Source: Dehalococcoidia bacterium (GTDB taxonomy: Bacteria > Chloroflexota > Dehalococcoidia > Lucifugimonadales > UBA2985). From it: a stretch of 64,000 bases of DNA. The stretch covers positions 1,929,352 to 1,993,351 of the forward strand of contig OZ244924.1 in assembly GCA_965221925.1 (NCBI GenBank). Direction: 5' to 3'. The first letter of the stretch is position 1, and every line of letters begins with the position of its first letter. The notes beneath the pieces were generated by a model. That model ran no database searches and was not told the origin of the DNA. It saw only the letters and a program-made list of their open reading frames with translations. Below, piece by piece: positions 56,209 through 64,000 of the stretch. The translations under genes were made by a program, and so were the position numbers.

Positions 56209-56577
56209 ATGGCGATGGTATGCCGCGGCCTTCGCGGAGCGACTACGGCTGAGGACAACACCAAAGAGGCGGTGCTGGAAGCCACCAGGGACCTGCTGGA
56301 ACGCCTGGTAGAAGCCAACGACCTCTTGACAGAGGACCTGGCCGCCACCTTCTTCACCACCTCCCCGGACCTCAACGCAGAGTTCCCCGCAGCGGCCGCT
56401 CGGCAGATGGGATGGGAGTACGTCCCCCTCATCTGCGGCCACGAGATGAACGTGCCGGGCGGGCTCCCTCTCTGCATCCGCGTCATGGTCCTGGTGAACA
56501 CGGAGAAGCGCCAGGAAGAGATGACACACCTCTACCTGCGAGACGCCAAAAACCTGCGCTCCAGGGACGTAAGCTGA
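56209..56577 (+). CDS. aroH: chorismate mutase, AroH type
   Basis: 122 aa. RGLRGATTAEDNTKEAVLEATRDLLERL ... FTTSPDLNAEFPA. Confidence 0.85.
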   Translation: MAMVCRGLRGATTAEDNTKEAVLEATRDLLERLVEANDLLTEDLAATFFTTSPDLNAEFPAAAARQMGWEYVPLICGHEMNVPGGLPLCIRVMVLVNTEKRQEEMTHLYLRDAKNLRSRDVS

Positions 56578-56587
56578 GCCCAGTTCC

Positions 56588-56764
56588 ATGAGGACCAGAA
56601 GGGATAGGCTGGCCGAATTCGCTATAGGCGTGACCGGAGGGACACTTCTCATCGCGGGTATCCTGAGTTGGGGGTCCGGAGGCAGCGTACCCAGGGTCTT
56701 TGTGCTCACAGGCGCTCTGTTGATTATCGCCGCTCAGCTTATCCGCCGGAGGTCAACGCGCTAG
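56588..56764 (+). CDS. possible small two-helix membrane protein
   Basis: 58-aa ORF below the track cutoff. MRTRRDRLAEFAIGVTGGTLLIAGILSWGSGGSVPRVFVLTGALLIIAAQLIRRRSTR. No homology evidence. Confidence 0.3.
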   Translation: MRTRRDRLAEFAIGVTGGTLLIAGILSWGSGGSVPRVFVLTGALLIIAAQLIRRRSTR

Positions 56765-56890
56765 TCCCGGACGCCACTCCTGCCCCGGCGCTGGACATGC
56801 CACGCTTTGAGTGTTAAAGTTACGCCTTGTTGGACGTGATCCGGACACAACCCATTGCCGGAGAAAAATATAAACAAGCACAGGTGACCC

Positions 56891-57964
56891 ATGCCACAGC
56901 TACACGACATAAATATCCAGAGCATCCAGCCCCTGACTTCGCCCCGGGAGTTCGTTGAGAAGTACCCCGTCACACCCCAAATAGCCCAACTCGTCGCAGA
57001 CGGCCGGGAGCAGATCGCTCGCATCCTGAGAGGCGAAGACGAACGGATGCTTATGATCACGGGGCCCTGCTCCATCCACGACCTTGAGGCCGGCTATGCG
57101 TACGCTCAGCAGCTTAAAGGCCTGGCCGACGAGTTGCAGGAACAGCTCCTCGTAGTCATGCGCGTGTACTTTGAGAAGCCGCGCACCACTGTTGGGTGGA
57201 AGGGGCTGGTATATGACCCGCGCCTCAACGGCGGCTTCGACATCGCCGCCGGACTGCAAATGGCCCGTGAGTTCCTGTTGCAGGTGGGGGAGATGGGCCT
57301 GCTTGCCGCAATAGAGTTCGTAGACCCCATAACGCCCCAGTACCTGGCAGATCTGTACTCCTGGGCTGCCGTGGGCGCCCGCACCGCAGAGAGCCAGACT
57401 CACCGGCAGATGAGCAGCGGCCTCAGTATGCCCGTAGGCTTCAAGAACGGCACCGGCGGCAGCGTCCAGCTTGCCGTAGACGGGGTGGTAGCGGCGCAGG
57501 CCGTACAGGGTTTTCTGGGAGTGGACGCCGATGGCAAGGCATCCATAGTAGTCACCAAGGGCAACCCCAACTGCCACATCGTCCTGCGGGGAGGCAGCCG
57601 CGGCACAAACTTCGACGCAGCCTCCATAGCCGACGCCGTCGAGAGGTTGCAGCGCTCCAAGGTCTCCACCCGGCTGGTGGTGGACTGCTCTCACGCCAAC
57701 TGCGGCAAGGACTACACCAAGCAGCGCGTTGCCTTCCAGGACGTCCTTGACCAGAGGATAGCCGGCAACAGGAACATCGTGGGCATGATGCTGGAAAGCC
57801 ACCTGCTGGAAGGGAACCAACCCCTGGACGAAAGAAATCCCGGCAACCTCAAGTACGGCGTATCCATCACCGACCCCTGCGTTGGATGGGAAGAGACGGT
57901 AGAGCTCCTCACAACGGCCGGCCAAGCATTGGGTTCAGCCAGAAAGTCGGCCGCAAGGGCCTGA
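56891..57964 (+). CDS. 3-deoxy-7-phosphoheptulonate (DAHP) synthase, class I
   Basis: 357 aa. GPCSIHD ... RVYFEKPRTTVGWKGL ... DCSHANC. Confidence 0.9.
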   Translation: MPQLHDINIQSIQPLTSPREFVEKYPVTPQIAQLVADGREQIARILRGEDERMLMITGPCSIHDLEAGYAYAQQLKGLADELQEQLLVVMRVYFEKPRTTVGWKGLVYDPRLNGGFDIAAGLQMAREFLLQVGEMGLLAAIEFVDPITPQYLADLYSWAAVGARTAESQTHRQMSSGLSMPVGFKNGTGGSVQLAVDGVVAAQAVQGFLGVDADGKASIVVTKGNPNCHIVLRGGSRGTNFDAASIADAVERLQRSKVSTRLVVDCSHANCGKDYTKQRVAFQDVLDQRIAGNRNIVGMMLESHLLEGNQPLDERNPGNLKYGVSITDPCVGWEETVELLTTAGQALGSARKSAARA

Positions 57965-58094
57965 TACTCCGCCTCTTTTTCCGGCGCGCAAAGGCTGGGA
58001 AGAGAGGAAAAGCAGTCCCCATACGGGTCAGCCGGGCGACGATCTCAGGGAAGCGGAGCCTGTAGTCAGCAGGATCCAACCGCTATGAACGCGC

Positions 58095-58451
58095 CTAGCC
58101 TACTCCCGATCCGACGGCCTGCTGGGCCTCAGACGGCGCCCCTGCCGCCCTTCGCCTTCTCCACCGCCAGCCCATCATAACAAGCAACTCGCCCACGGCT
58201 GAGTCGGTAACGTCGTCCTTCAGAGGCACATCGGGGTGTATGCGATAGTGGTTCTTGCGGCCCACCTTGGTCTTGGTCACGTAGCCGGCGTTTTCCAGGT
58301 CCTTGATGATCTTGTGGGCGGCCCTCTCCGTGATCCCCGCGGTATCCCCAATCTCCCTGGCCGTTGTCCGTGGACTCTTTGCTATAGCCGCCAGAGTCAG
58401 CCCGTGGTTTGTAATAAACGTCCATTCAGCCACTAGAAAAACTCCCGCCAT
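58095..58451 (-). CDS. winged helix-turn-helix transcriptional regulator
   Basis: 118 aa. TAREIGDTAGITERAAHKIIKDLENAGYVTKTKVGRKNHY. Confidence 0.65.
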   Translation of the reverse strand: MAGVFLVAEWTFITNHGLTLAAIAKSPRTTAREIGDTAGITERAAHKIIKDLENAGYVTKTKVGRKNHYRIHPDVPLKDDVTDSAVGELLVMMGWRWRRRRAAGAPSEAQQAVGSGVG

Positions 58452-58457
58452 AACCTC

Positions 58458-58485
58458 TTGACAGGCCCTGAGATGGATGTATAAT
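58458..58485 (+). promoter_or_regulatory. near-consensus sigma-70 promoter facing a 550-nt region without a convincing ORF
   Basis: TTGACA (58458-58463), 16 nt, then TATAAT (58480-58485). Confidence 0.55.
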
Positions 58486-59040
58486 AATACTGGAAGTGTA
58501 GTTCATGTATAAAGGGTAGTGTATTGTCTCTCCGGTATTACATGTCCAGTATATTTATTGCGGGAAAGGCTATCATGCAAACCGCATCATGGGAAAACCT
58601 TCCGCCATCTCCGCAAGTTTGGCACAAAGGAGAGGTGGTGTCAAGGTTGAAAAGCGGGACGTAGACGCCCGGCCAACCGGGCCGCGGAGAGCAAATCCGG
58701 GCGGCCCACAAGAAGCGGACAGACCTGTTATAACTCAGAAAGGGAGACCTACCGTGCAGTACCGAGAGACCGTTAGAAACATAGTCCATAACAGCCCCCT
58801 TGTGACCCTGCTGGTCACCCTTGACAGGGACCTGAACGCCTATGGACAGCGCCATATGCACAGGACGTCTCCCACCCAGTCCAATGACTGGTACCGGATG
58901 AATGAGACCGCCATAGCCCCCAGCGATTTTTGGTTCCGCGCCGTGGGTTGCCGAAAGCCGCGGTAGCCCCTGGATAAGTAGGGCTCACAAGAGAAGCTCC
59001 TCATTCCTGCCGCCAATAAACCGCCCTGAAAGTAGACGCT

Positions 59041-59943
59041 ATGGACTGGATCCTGCTCTCCCTGGTCAGCGCTTTCTCTTTTTCAGCGTACAGCATTATC
59101 CAGAAGTACGCCTTCCAAAAGGGTCTCAGCAGCGTCTTTGCATTCGGGTTCTGGGGCGGGATGCTCCACCTGGCCCTCGCAGTCGTCATACTGGCACTGG
59201 ACCCGGTTGACGTCGCCTGGACGTCCTTGCCGGTGATAACTGTGTTGGGAGCGGGTCTGCTGAATACGGGGGTCTCACTCCTCATTAGCAGGATGCTCCA
59301 GCGCGGTGAGGTCACCCGGGTAGTCCCGGTTATCGATACCTATCCTGTGTTCGTTGCAGTCATGGCCATAATCTTTCTGGGGGAGGACGTTACCCCCCTC
59401 AAGTGGATGGCCATACTCCTGGTCATCTGCGGAGCCGTCCTGGCCTCCGGACGCCCCACCTTGCCCGGAAGCCTCGCATCCTTTGGCGGGCCATTCTTCC
59501 TTCTTCTGGTCGCCAGTTTTGGAATTGCTGCCTACAGCATCTTGGCCAAATATGCCCTGGGCCACCTGGATTTCTGGCACGTCTATGCCATTTCCAGCAT
59601 CGGCTCTGCTCCCGCATTCGCGTATGCGGTGCATGCTTTCCGCGCCTGGCCCCAGGTGCGCCGGGCAGGCCGGTCGGCCGGGGGGCTGGCGGTCACGTGG
59701 TCCGCGCACGGGGTAATATGCCTCGCCTTCCTCGCCAGCCTCTGGGCCTTTGAGCTTGGCCCCGTCTCCCTCTCCTCCGCCATTATGGCCGCCAGGCCGG
59801 TGATAGTGCTGACCTTCGCCACCCTAACCGGCATCCTGCTGCCCAAGGCGCTCACTGAGCGGCCCGCCAGGGCAGCGCTGTTGGAGAAGGGCATGGCCGC
59901 AGCCCTTGTAACGACGGGCGTAGGGGCTATGTCTCTACTCTAG
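59041..59943 (+). CDS. EamA/DMT-family transporter
   Basis: 300 aa with about 10 hydrophobic helices in two EamA-like halves. Confidence 0.75.
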   Translation: MDWILLSLVSAFSFSAYSIIQKYAFQKGLSSVFAFGFWGGMLHLALAVVILALDPVDVAWTSLPVITVLGAGLLNTGVSLLISRMLQRGEVTRVVPVIDTYPVFVAVMAIIFLGEDVTPLKWMAILLVICGAVLASGRPTLPGSLASFGGPFFLLLVASFGIAAYSILAKYALGHLDFWHVYAISSIGSAPAFAYAVHAFRAWPQVRRAGRSAGGLAVTWSAHGVICLAFLASLWAFELGPVSLSSAIMAARPVIVLTFATLTGILLPKALTERPARAALLEKGMAAALVTTGVGAMSLL

Positions 59944-60060
59944 CGTCCGCCCAGGGCGCCGCCGCTCAGCTTGACGCTCTCATAGGGCTATGCTAGTATC
60001 CCTTTGCTCTTGCAGGCCCACTGCGAGCTTAGGCGCCTGCCGGGGCATGAGTCGCCTCCT

Positions 60061-60993
60061 ATGCGAGTCCACCAAGAACTGCCTGCACAACCGCCCCCGG
60101 GGAATACCCTGCTTACCGTGGGGGTGTTCGATGGGGTGCACGTAGGCCATCGGAGCCTGCTGGACCAGCTCAAGGAAGCCTCCTCACGGGAGGGGATGTT
60201 AAGCGGCGTCCTGACCTTCATCAACCACCCCCGCACGGTTATCAGGCCGGGGGACTGTGTTTCGTACATCACCTCCGTAGAAGACAGGCTAGAGTTGCTC
60301 AAGGGTACGGGCGTAGACCTGGTGATTCCCCTCACCTTTGACGTGGAGCTATCCCGCTTGAGGGCCCATGAGTTCGCGGAGCTGCTCCAGGAACGCCTGA
60401 ACATGGCTGGGCTGGTCATGGGGCGCAACTTCGTCATGGGGTACAAGCGAGAGGGCACGCCGGAGACCCTCGCAGCCATCGGCAGGGAGAGGGGGTTTTC
60501 CACCACCGTGGTAGACCCCGTAACCAGAGACGGAGGGCAGGTCAGCAGCACCGCTATCCGAGACGCCATCTCCACAGGGGACGTGGACAAAGCCTCCCTG
60601 CTGCTGGGCAGACCCTTTGCCCTTCGCGGAAAGGTTGTGCCGGGCAAATCCAGGGGCAAGACTCTGGGCTTTCCCACGGCCAACCTGGACCTGCGCCAGG
60701 ACCTTATAATGCCGGGGGACGGCATCTATGCCACCTTTGCCTACGTAGAGGGAAGGCGATACATGGCAGCCACCAGCATCGGCGTCAGGCCCACCTTTGG
60801 AGAGAAGGAGCGCGTTGTGGAGGTGTACATCCTGGACTACAATGGAGACCTGTACGACTCAGAGATAGCCGTGGAGTTTGTCCGGCGTCTGCGGGACGAG
60901 TTGCGCTTTGAGTCGGCGGAGGCACTGGTGACACAGGTAAACATGGACGTAGAGCAGGCCAGGCATATCCTGGGCCGGTATCCACCGGCCTGA
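60061..60993 (+). CDS. ribF: bifunctional riboflavin kinase/FAD synthetase
   Basis: LLTVGVFDGVHVGHRSLL ... PTANL ... GIYA ... RPTF. ATG 60061 chosen; the ORF is open from 60004. Confidence 0.88.
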   Translation: MRVHQELPAQPPPGNTLLTVGVFDGVHVGHRSLLDQLKEASSREGMLSGVLTFINHPRTVIRPGDCVSYITSVEDRLELLKGTGVDLVIPLTFDVELSRLRAHEFAELLQERLNMAGLVMGRNFVMGYKREGTPETLAAIGRERGFSTTVVDPVTRDGGQVSSTAIRDAISTGDVDKASLLLGRPFALRGKVVPGKSRGKTLGFPTANLDLRQDLIMPGDGIYATFAYVEGRRYMAATSIGVRPTFGEKERVVEVYILDYNGDLYDSEIAVEFVRRLRDELRFESAEALVTQVNMDVEQARHILGRYPPA

Positions 60994-61011
60994 GGCGCGC
61001 CATGAAGCAGG

Positions 61012-62298
61012 TTGAAGCAGTTGACTAACAAAGCATTAGACCCAAGGGTACTTCACGACGTCATCAGGCGCGGCGTGTCGGAGATCATCGTCGAAGAGGA
61101 GTTCGTGCGTCTGCTCCAGGAGGGCAAGCCGTTGCGGCTGAAGATGGGCTTCGACCCCAGCCGCCCGGACATCCACATGGGCCACGCGGTGGGCCTTCGC
61201 AAGCTGCGCCGGCTCCAGGACATGGGGCACCAGGTCATCCTCATCGTCGGCGACTGGACGGCCCAGATAGGCGACCCCAGCGGCCAGTCCGCCACGCGCC
61301 AGATGCTCACCGCGGAAGAGGTCAGGGCCAACGCCGAGACCTACATGCGCCAGTTCTTCAAGGTGGTGGACAAGGAGCGCACACAGACCATGTGGCAGAG
61401 CGAGTGGTTTGGCAACTTCTCCCTCTCCATGGTCTTTGACCTCACCCGTCGCTTTACCGTGGCCCAGTTCCTGGCCCGCGACGACTTCTCCAAGCGATTC
61501 CGCGCGCAGCAGCCCATCGCCATCACAGAGCTCCTCTACCCGCTGCTCCAGGCCTACGACTCCGTGGCGATAGAATCGGACGTGGAGTTTGGGGGTTCGG
61601 ACCAGCGGTTCAACCTGCTGGTGGGCCGAGACCTCCAGGCCATGATGGGGCAGAGGCAGCAGCAGTGCTTCATCATGCCCCTGCTGGTGGGCACCGACGG
61701 CGTCCAGAAGATGAGCAAGAGCCTGGACAACTACATCGCCGTTGACGAGTCCCCCAACGATATGTACGGCAAGGTCATGTCCATCTCGGACTCCCTGCTC
61801 ATGGACTACTTCGAGCTGCTGTCGGACGTGCCGACGGAGGAGTTGGCGGAGATGCGCGCGGCCATTGAAGCCGCATCCGTCAACCCAATGGACCTGAAGA
61901 AGCGTTTGGCCAGGGAGATAGTGGAGCAGTTCCACGACCGCGAGGCTGCGATGCGAGCGGAGGACTACTTTGTCAGCGCCTACCAGCGGGGAGACGCTCC
62001 GGAGGACGCGCAGACCATCTCCCTGCCCAGGTGGGCCTCCAGGCTCCGGCCGGAGCGGATGGAACCCTCCACCGCCGACGACTCCGCCGGCCTGATGCTG
62101 CCCATCATCCCCATAGTGGTTGGGGAGGGCTTGGCCAGCAGCTCTAGCGAGGCGAAAAGGCTTCTGAACCAGGGAGCAATCCAGGTAGACGGCCACAGGC
62201 TCACGGAAGACCTTGCGCCCCTGAGCAATGGAAGCCTCATAAGAGTCGGCAGGCGCCGCTTCGCCAGGATGGTCGACTCAGACGCGCCGCCCCAATAA
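61012..62298 (+). CDS. tyrS: tyrosine--tRNA ligase
   Basis: 428 aa. HMGH (HIGH-class motif), KMSKS, and a C-terminal S4-like domain. TTG start as given by the track. Confidence 0.88.
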   Translation: MKQLTNKALDPRVLHDVIRRGVSEIIVEEEFVRLLQEGKPLRLKMGFDPSRPDIHMGHAVGLRKLRRLQDMGHQVILIVGDWTAQIGDPSGQSATRQMLTAEEVRANAETYMRQFFKVVDKERTQTMWQSEWFGNFSLSMVFDLTRRFTVAQFLARDDFSKRFRAQQPIAITELLYPLLQAYDSVAIESDVEFGGSDQRFNLLVGRDLQAMMGQRQQQCFIMPLLVGTDGVQKMSKSLDNYIAVDESPNDMYGKVMSISDSLLMDYFELLSDVPTEELAEMRAAIEAASVNPMDLKKRLAREIVEQFHDREAAMRAEDYFVSAYQRGDAPEDAQTISLPRWASRLRPERMEPSTADDSAGLMLPIIPIVVGEGLASSSSEAKRLLNQGAIQVDGHRLTEDLAPLSNGSLIRVGRRRFARMVDSDAPPQ

Positions 62299-62416
62299 TG
62301 CGTTCCTCGACGCGCAAGCCCGGGCGCGTCCACGCCGCCTGGCGGTCCTGCCCCAGGCCACAAACCGCGGGAAGCCTCCGCCTCAAGACGGTAAACGACG
62401 GCGAGGGAATCGTCCC

Positions 62417-62671
62417 ATGAGTGAGTTCAGGTTCGCCATAGGACAGAGGGTGAAGGTAAAGGAGGGGAGCTTTCCGCTCAACAACCCGGACGGCTACCAC
62501 CTCATAGGGCAGACTGGCGCCATAGAGCGTTGCTGGGACCCGCGTCACGGCAAGGGCGACGAGCACACCGTACGCTCCGAACACATCCAGTACTTTGAGA
62601 TCAAGCAGTACGACGTACGCGTAGGCGACAGGCTGTACTCCCTCAACGAGGACTGGCTGGAAGAAGAGTAG
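62417..62671 (+). CDS. hypothetical protein
   Basis: 84-aa ORF. No family recognised. Confidence 0.4.
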   Translation: MSEFRFAIGQRVKVKEGSFPLNNPDGYHLIGQTGAIERCWDPRHGKGDEHTVRSEHIQYFEIKQYDVRVGDRLYSLNEDWLEEE

Positions 62672-62693
62672 AGCCGTTTCCCCGGCCACCGCT

Positions 62694-63709
62694 CGCAATT
62701 CATCCGCTCATCCTGAGCTTGTCGAAGGGCGTGAGCGGGCGCAATTCATCCGCTCATCCTGAGCCTGTCGAAGGACATGAGTGGGCGCAATTCATCCGCT
62801 CATCCTGAGCCTGTCGAAGGACATGAGTGGGCGCAATTCATCCGCTCATCCTGAGCCTGTCGAAGGGCGTGAGCGGGCGCAATTCATCCGCTCATCCTGA
62901 GCCTGTCGAAGGACATGAGTGGGCGCAATTCATCCGCTCATCCTGAGCCTGTCGAAGGGCGTGAGCGGGCGCAATTCATCCGCTCATCCTGAGCCTGTCG
63001 AAGGACGTGAGCGGGCGCAATTCATCCGCTCATCCTGAGCCTGTCGAAGGGCGTGAGCGGGCGCAATTCATCCGCTCATCCTGAGCCTGTCGAAGGGCGT
63101 GAGCGGGCGCAATTCATCCGCTCATCCTGAGCCTGTCGAAGGGCGTGAGCGGGCGCAATTCATCCGCTCATCCTGAACCTGTCGAAGGGCGTGAGCGGGC
63201 GCAATTCATCCGCTCATCCTGAGCCTGTCGAAGGGCGTGAGCGGGCGCAATTCATCCGCTCATCCTGAGCCTGTCGAAGGGCGTGAGCGGGCGCAATTCA
63301 TCCGCTCATCCTGAGCCTGTCGAAGGGCGTGAGCGGGCGCAATTCATCCGCTCATCCTGAACCTGTCGAAGGGCGTGAGCGGGCGCAATTCATCCGCTCA
63401 TCCTGAGCCTGTCGAAGGGCGTGAGCGGGCGCAATTCATCCGCTCATCCTGAACCTGTCGAAGGGCGTGAGCGGGCGCAATTCATCCGCTCATCCTGAGC
63501 CTGTCGAAGGGCGTGAGCGGGCGCAATTCATCCGCTCATCCTGAGCCTGTCGAAGGGCGTGAGCGGGCGCAATTCATCCGCTCATCCTGAACCTGTCGAA
63601 GGACATGAACGGAACGGGAAATCATCCGCTCATCCTGAGCCTGTCGAAGGACATGAACGGAACGGGAAATCACCCGCTCGTATGATTCGACAAGCTCACC
63701 ACGAACGGG
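62694..63709 (+). repeat. tandem array R4: 20 units of 46 bp, two variant units and a terminal core module
   Basis: Unit CGCAATTCATCCGCTCATCCTGAGCCTGTCGAAGGGCGTGAGCGGG with exact 46-bp period from 62694 to 63568. Ends with CCCGCTCGTATGATTCGACAAGCTCACCACGAACGGG. Confidence 0.97.
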
Positions 63710-63734
63710 AGGGAGCGCCCCCTCGCCCAACCCC

Positions 63735-63763
63735 TTGACGCTGGCTCGCCGCCCGCGTATCAT
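63735..63763 (+). promoter_or_regulatory. candidate promoter of the downstream radical-SAM gene
   Basis: TTGACG (63735-63740), 17 nt, then TATCAT (63758-63763). Followed by the 20-bp imperfect palindrome TAGACTGACCAGTCGGTCTA (63764-63783). Confidence 0.45.
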
Positions 63764-63830
63764 TAGACTGACCAGTCGGTCTACAGCCGGACGCCAGCGC
63801 CGGCAGCCACAAGAAAGGGACCAAAAAGCT

Positions 63831-64000
63831 ATGACTACTACCACGGTTGTTTCACCGTCCATAAGGTTCAGGGACGCGTCCCTAGAGCCAATCTGGGAGA
63901 AGGTGCAAGCAGGCCGGAGGCTTGACTTTGAGGACGGGCTGAACTGCCTTCGCACGTCGGACCTGGTCTCCCTGGGGCAGATGGCCGATTTCGCCAAGCG
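63831..64000 (+). CDS. radical SAM enzyme of the futalosine/CofH family (MqnE/MqnC-like), 5' fragment
   Basis: ATG after AAGAAAGGGA. N-terminus ...LEPIWEKVQAGRRLDFEDGLNCLRTSDLVSLGQMADFAKR resembles the Mqn/CofH N-terminus. Truncated by the window end. Confidence 0.5.
   Translation, partial: MTTTTVVSPSIRFRDASLEPIWEKVQAGRRLDFEDGLNCLRTSDLVSLGQMADFAK

Noticed and set aside
62694-63709. CRISPR array interpretation of the regular repeats. The same question applies to R1-R3.
   Set aside because: The units are directly contiguous with no unique spacers. The periods (21, 28 and 46 bp) are whole-unit repeats. No cas genes or leader were seen in the window.

Overview
GC-rich bacterial chromosomal window. 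The T-box leader, gene content and the repeat families suggest Chloroflexota, but that is inference only. Most of it is housekeeping. Minus strand: cimA behind an Ile T-box, a YHS-copA copper pair, thiI, dapA-asd-dapB, rpsO-pnp, the rpmH-rnpA-yidD-yidC-jag cluster, serA plus a class-V aminotransferase, cysK and selD. Plus strand: a TlpA/CcdA thiol-redox pair, an rpiB-tal-pgi-gnd pentose-phosphate operon, trpA-aroH-DAHP synthase, ribF and tyrS. RNA genes are tRNA-Gln(UUG) and tRNA-Gly(CCC). Four things stand out. (1) Selenocysteine recoding that the ORF track misses. selD has an in-frame UGA at codon 17 followed by a hairpin. A DUF3179 lipoprotein is split by a single UGA where, as I recall, homologues carry the first Cys of a CPLC motif, giving a candidate U-P-L-C selenoprotein. 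(2) Four large near-perfect tandem arrays with 21-, 21-, 28- and 46-bp units. All are built from the same few hairpin modules around one 34-nt core, and all sit upstream of gene starts. They have no spacers and are not CRISPR. (3) An insertion sequence (IS) hotspot with two near-identical ISAs1-family copies, a diverged ISAs1-like copy nested in an IS481-like element, and one copy cleanly splitting a NarL-type response regulator. Each ISAs1-type transposase frame breaks at a G run. (4) A 236-bp MITE-like (miniature inverted-repeat) hairpin element in two copies, plus several smaller palindromic (REP-like) repeat classes. No CRISPR-cas, reverse transcriptase or recognisable defence system was seen.
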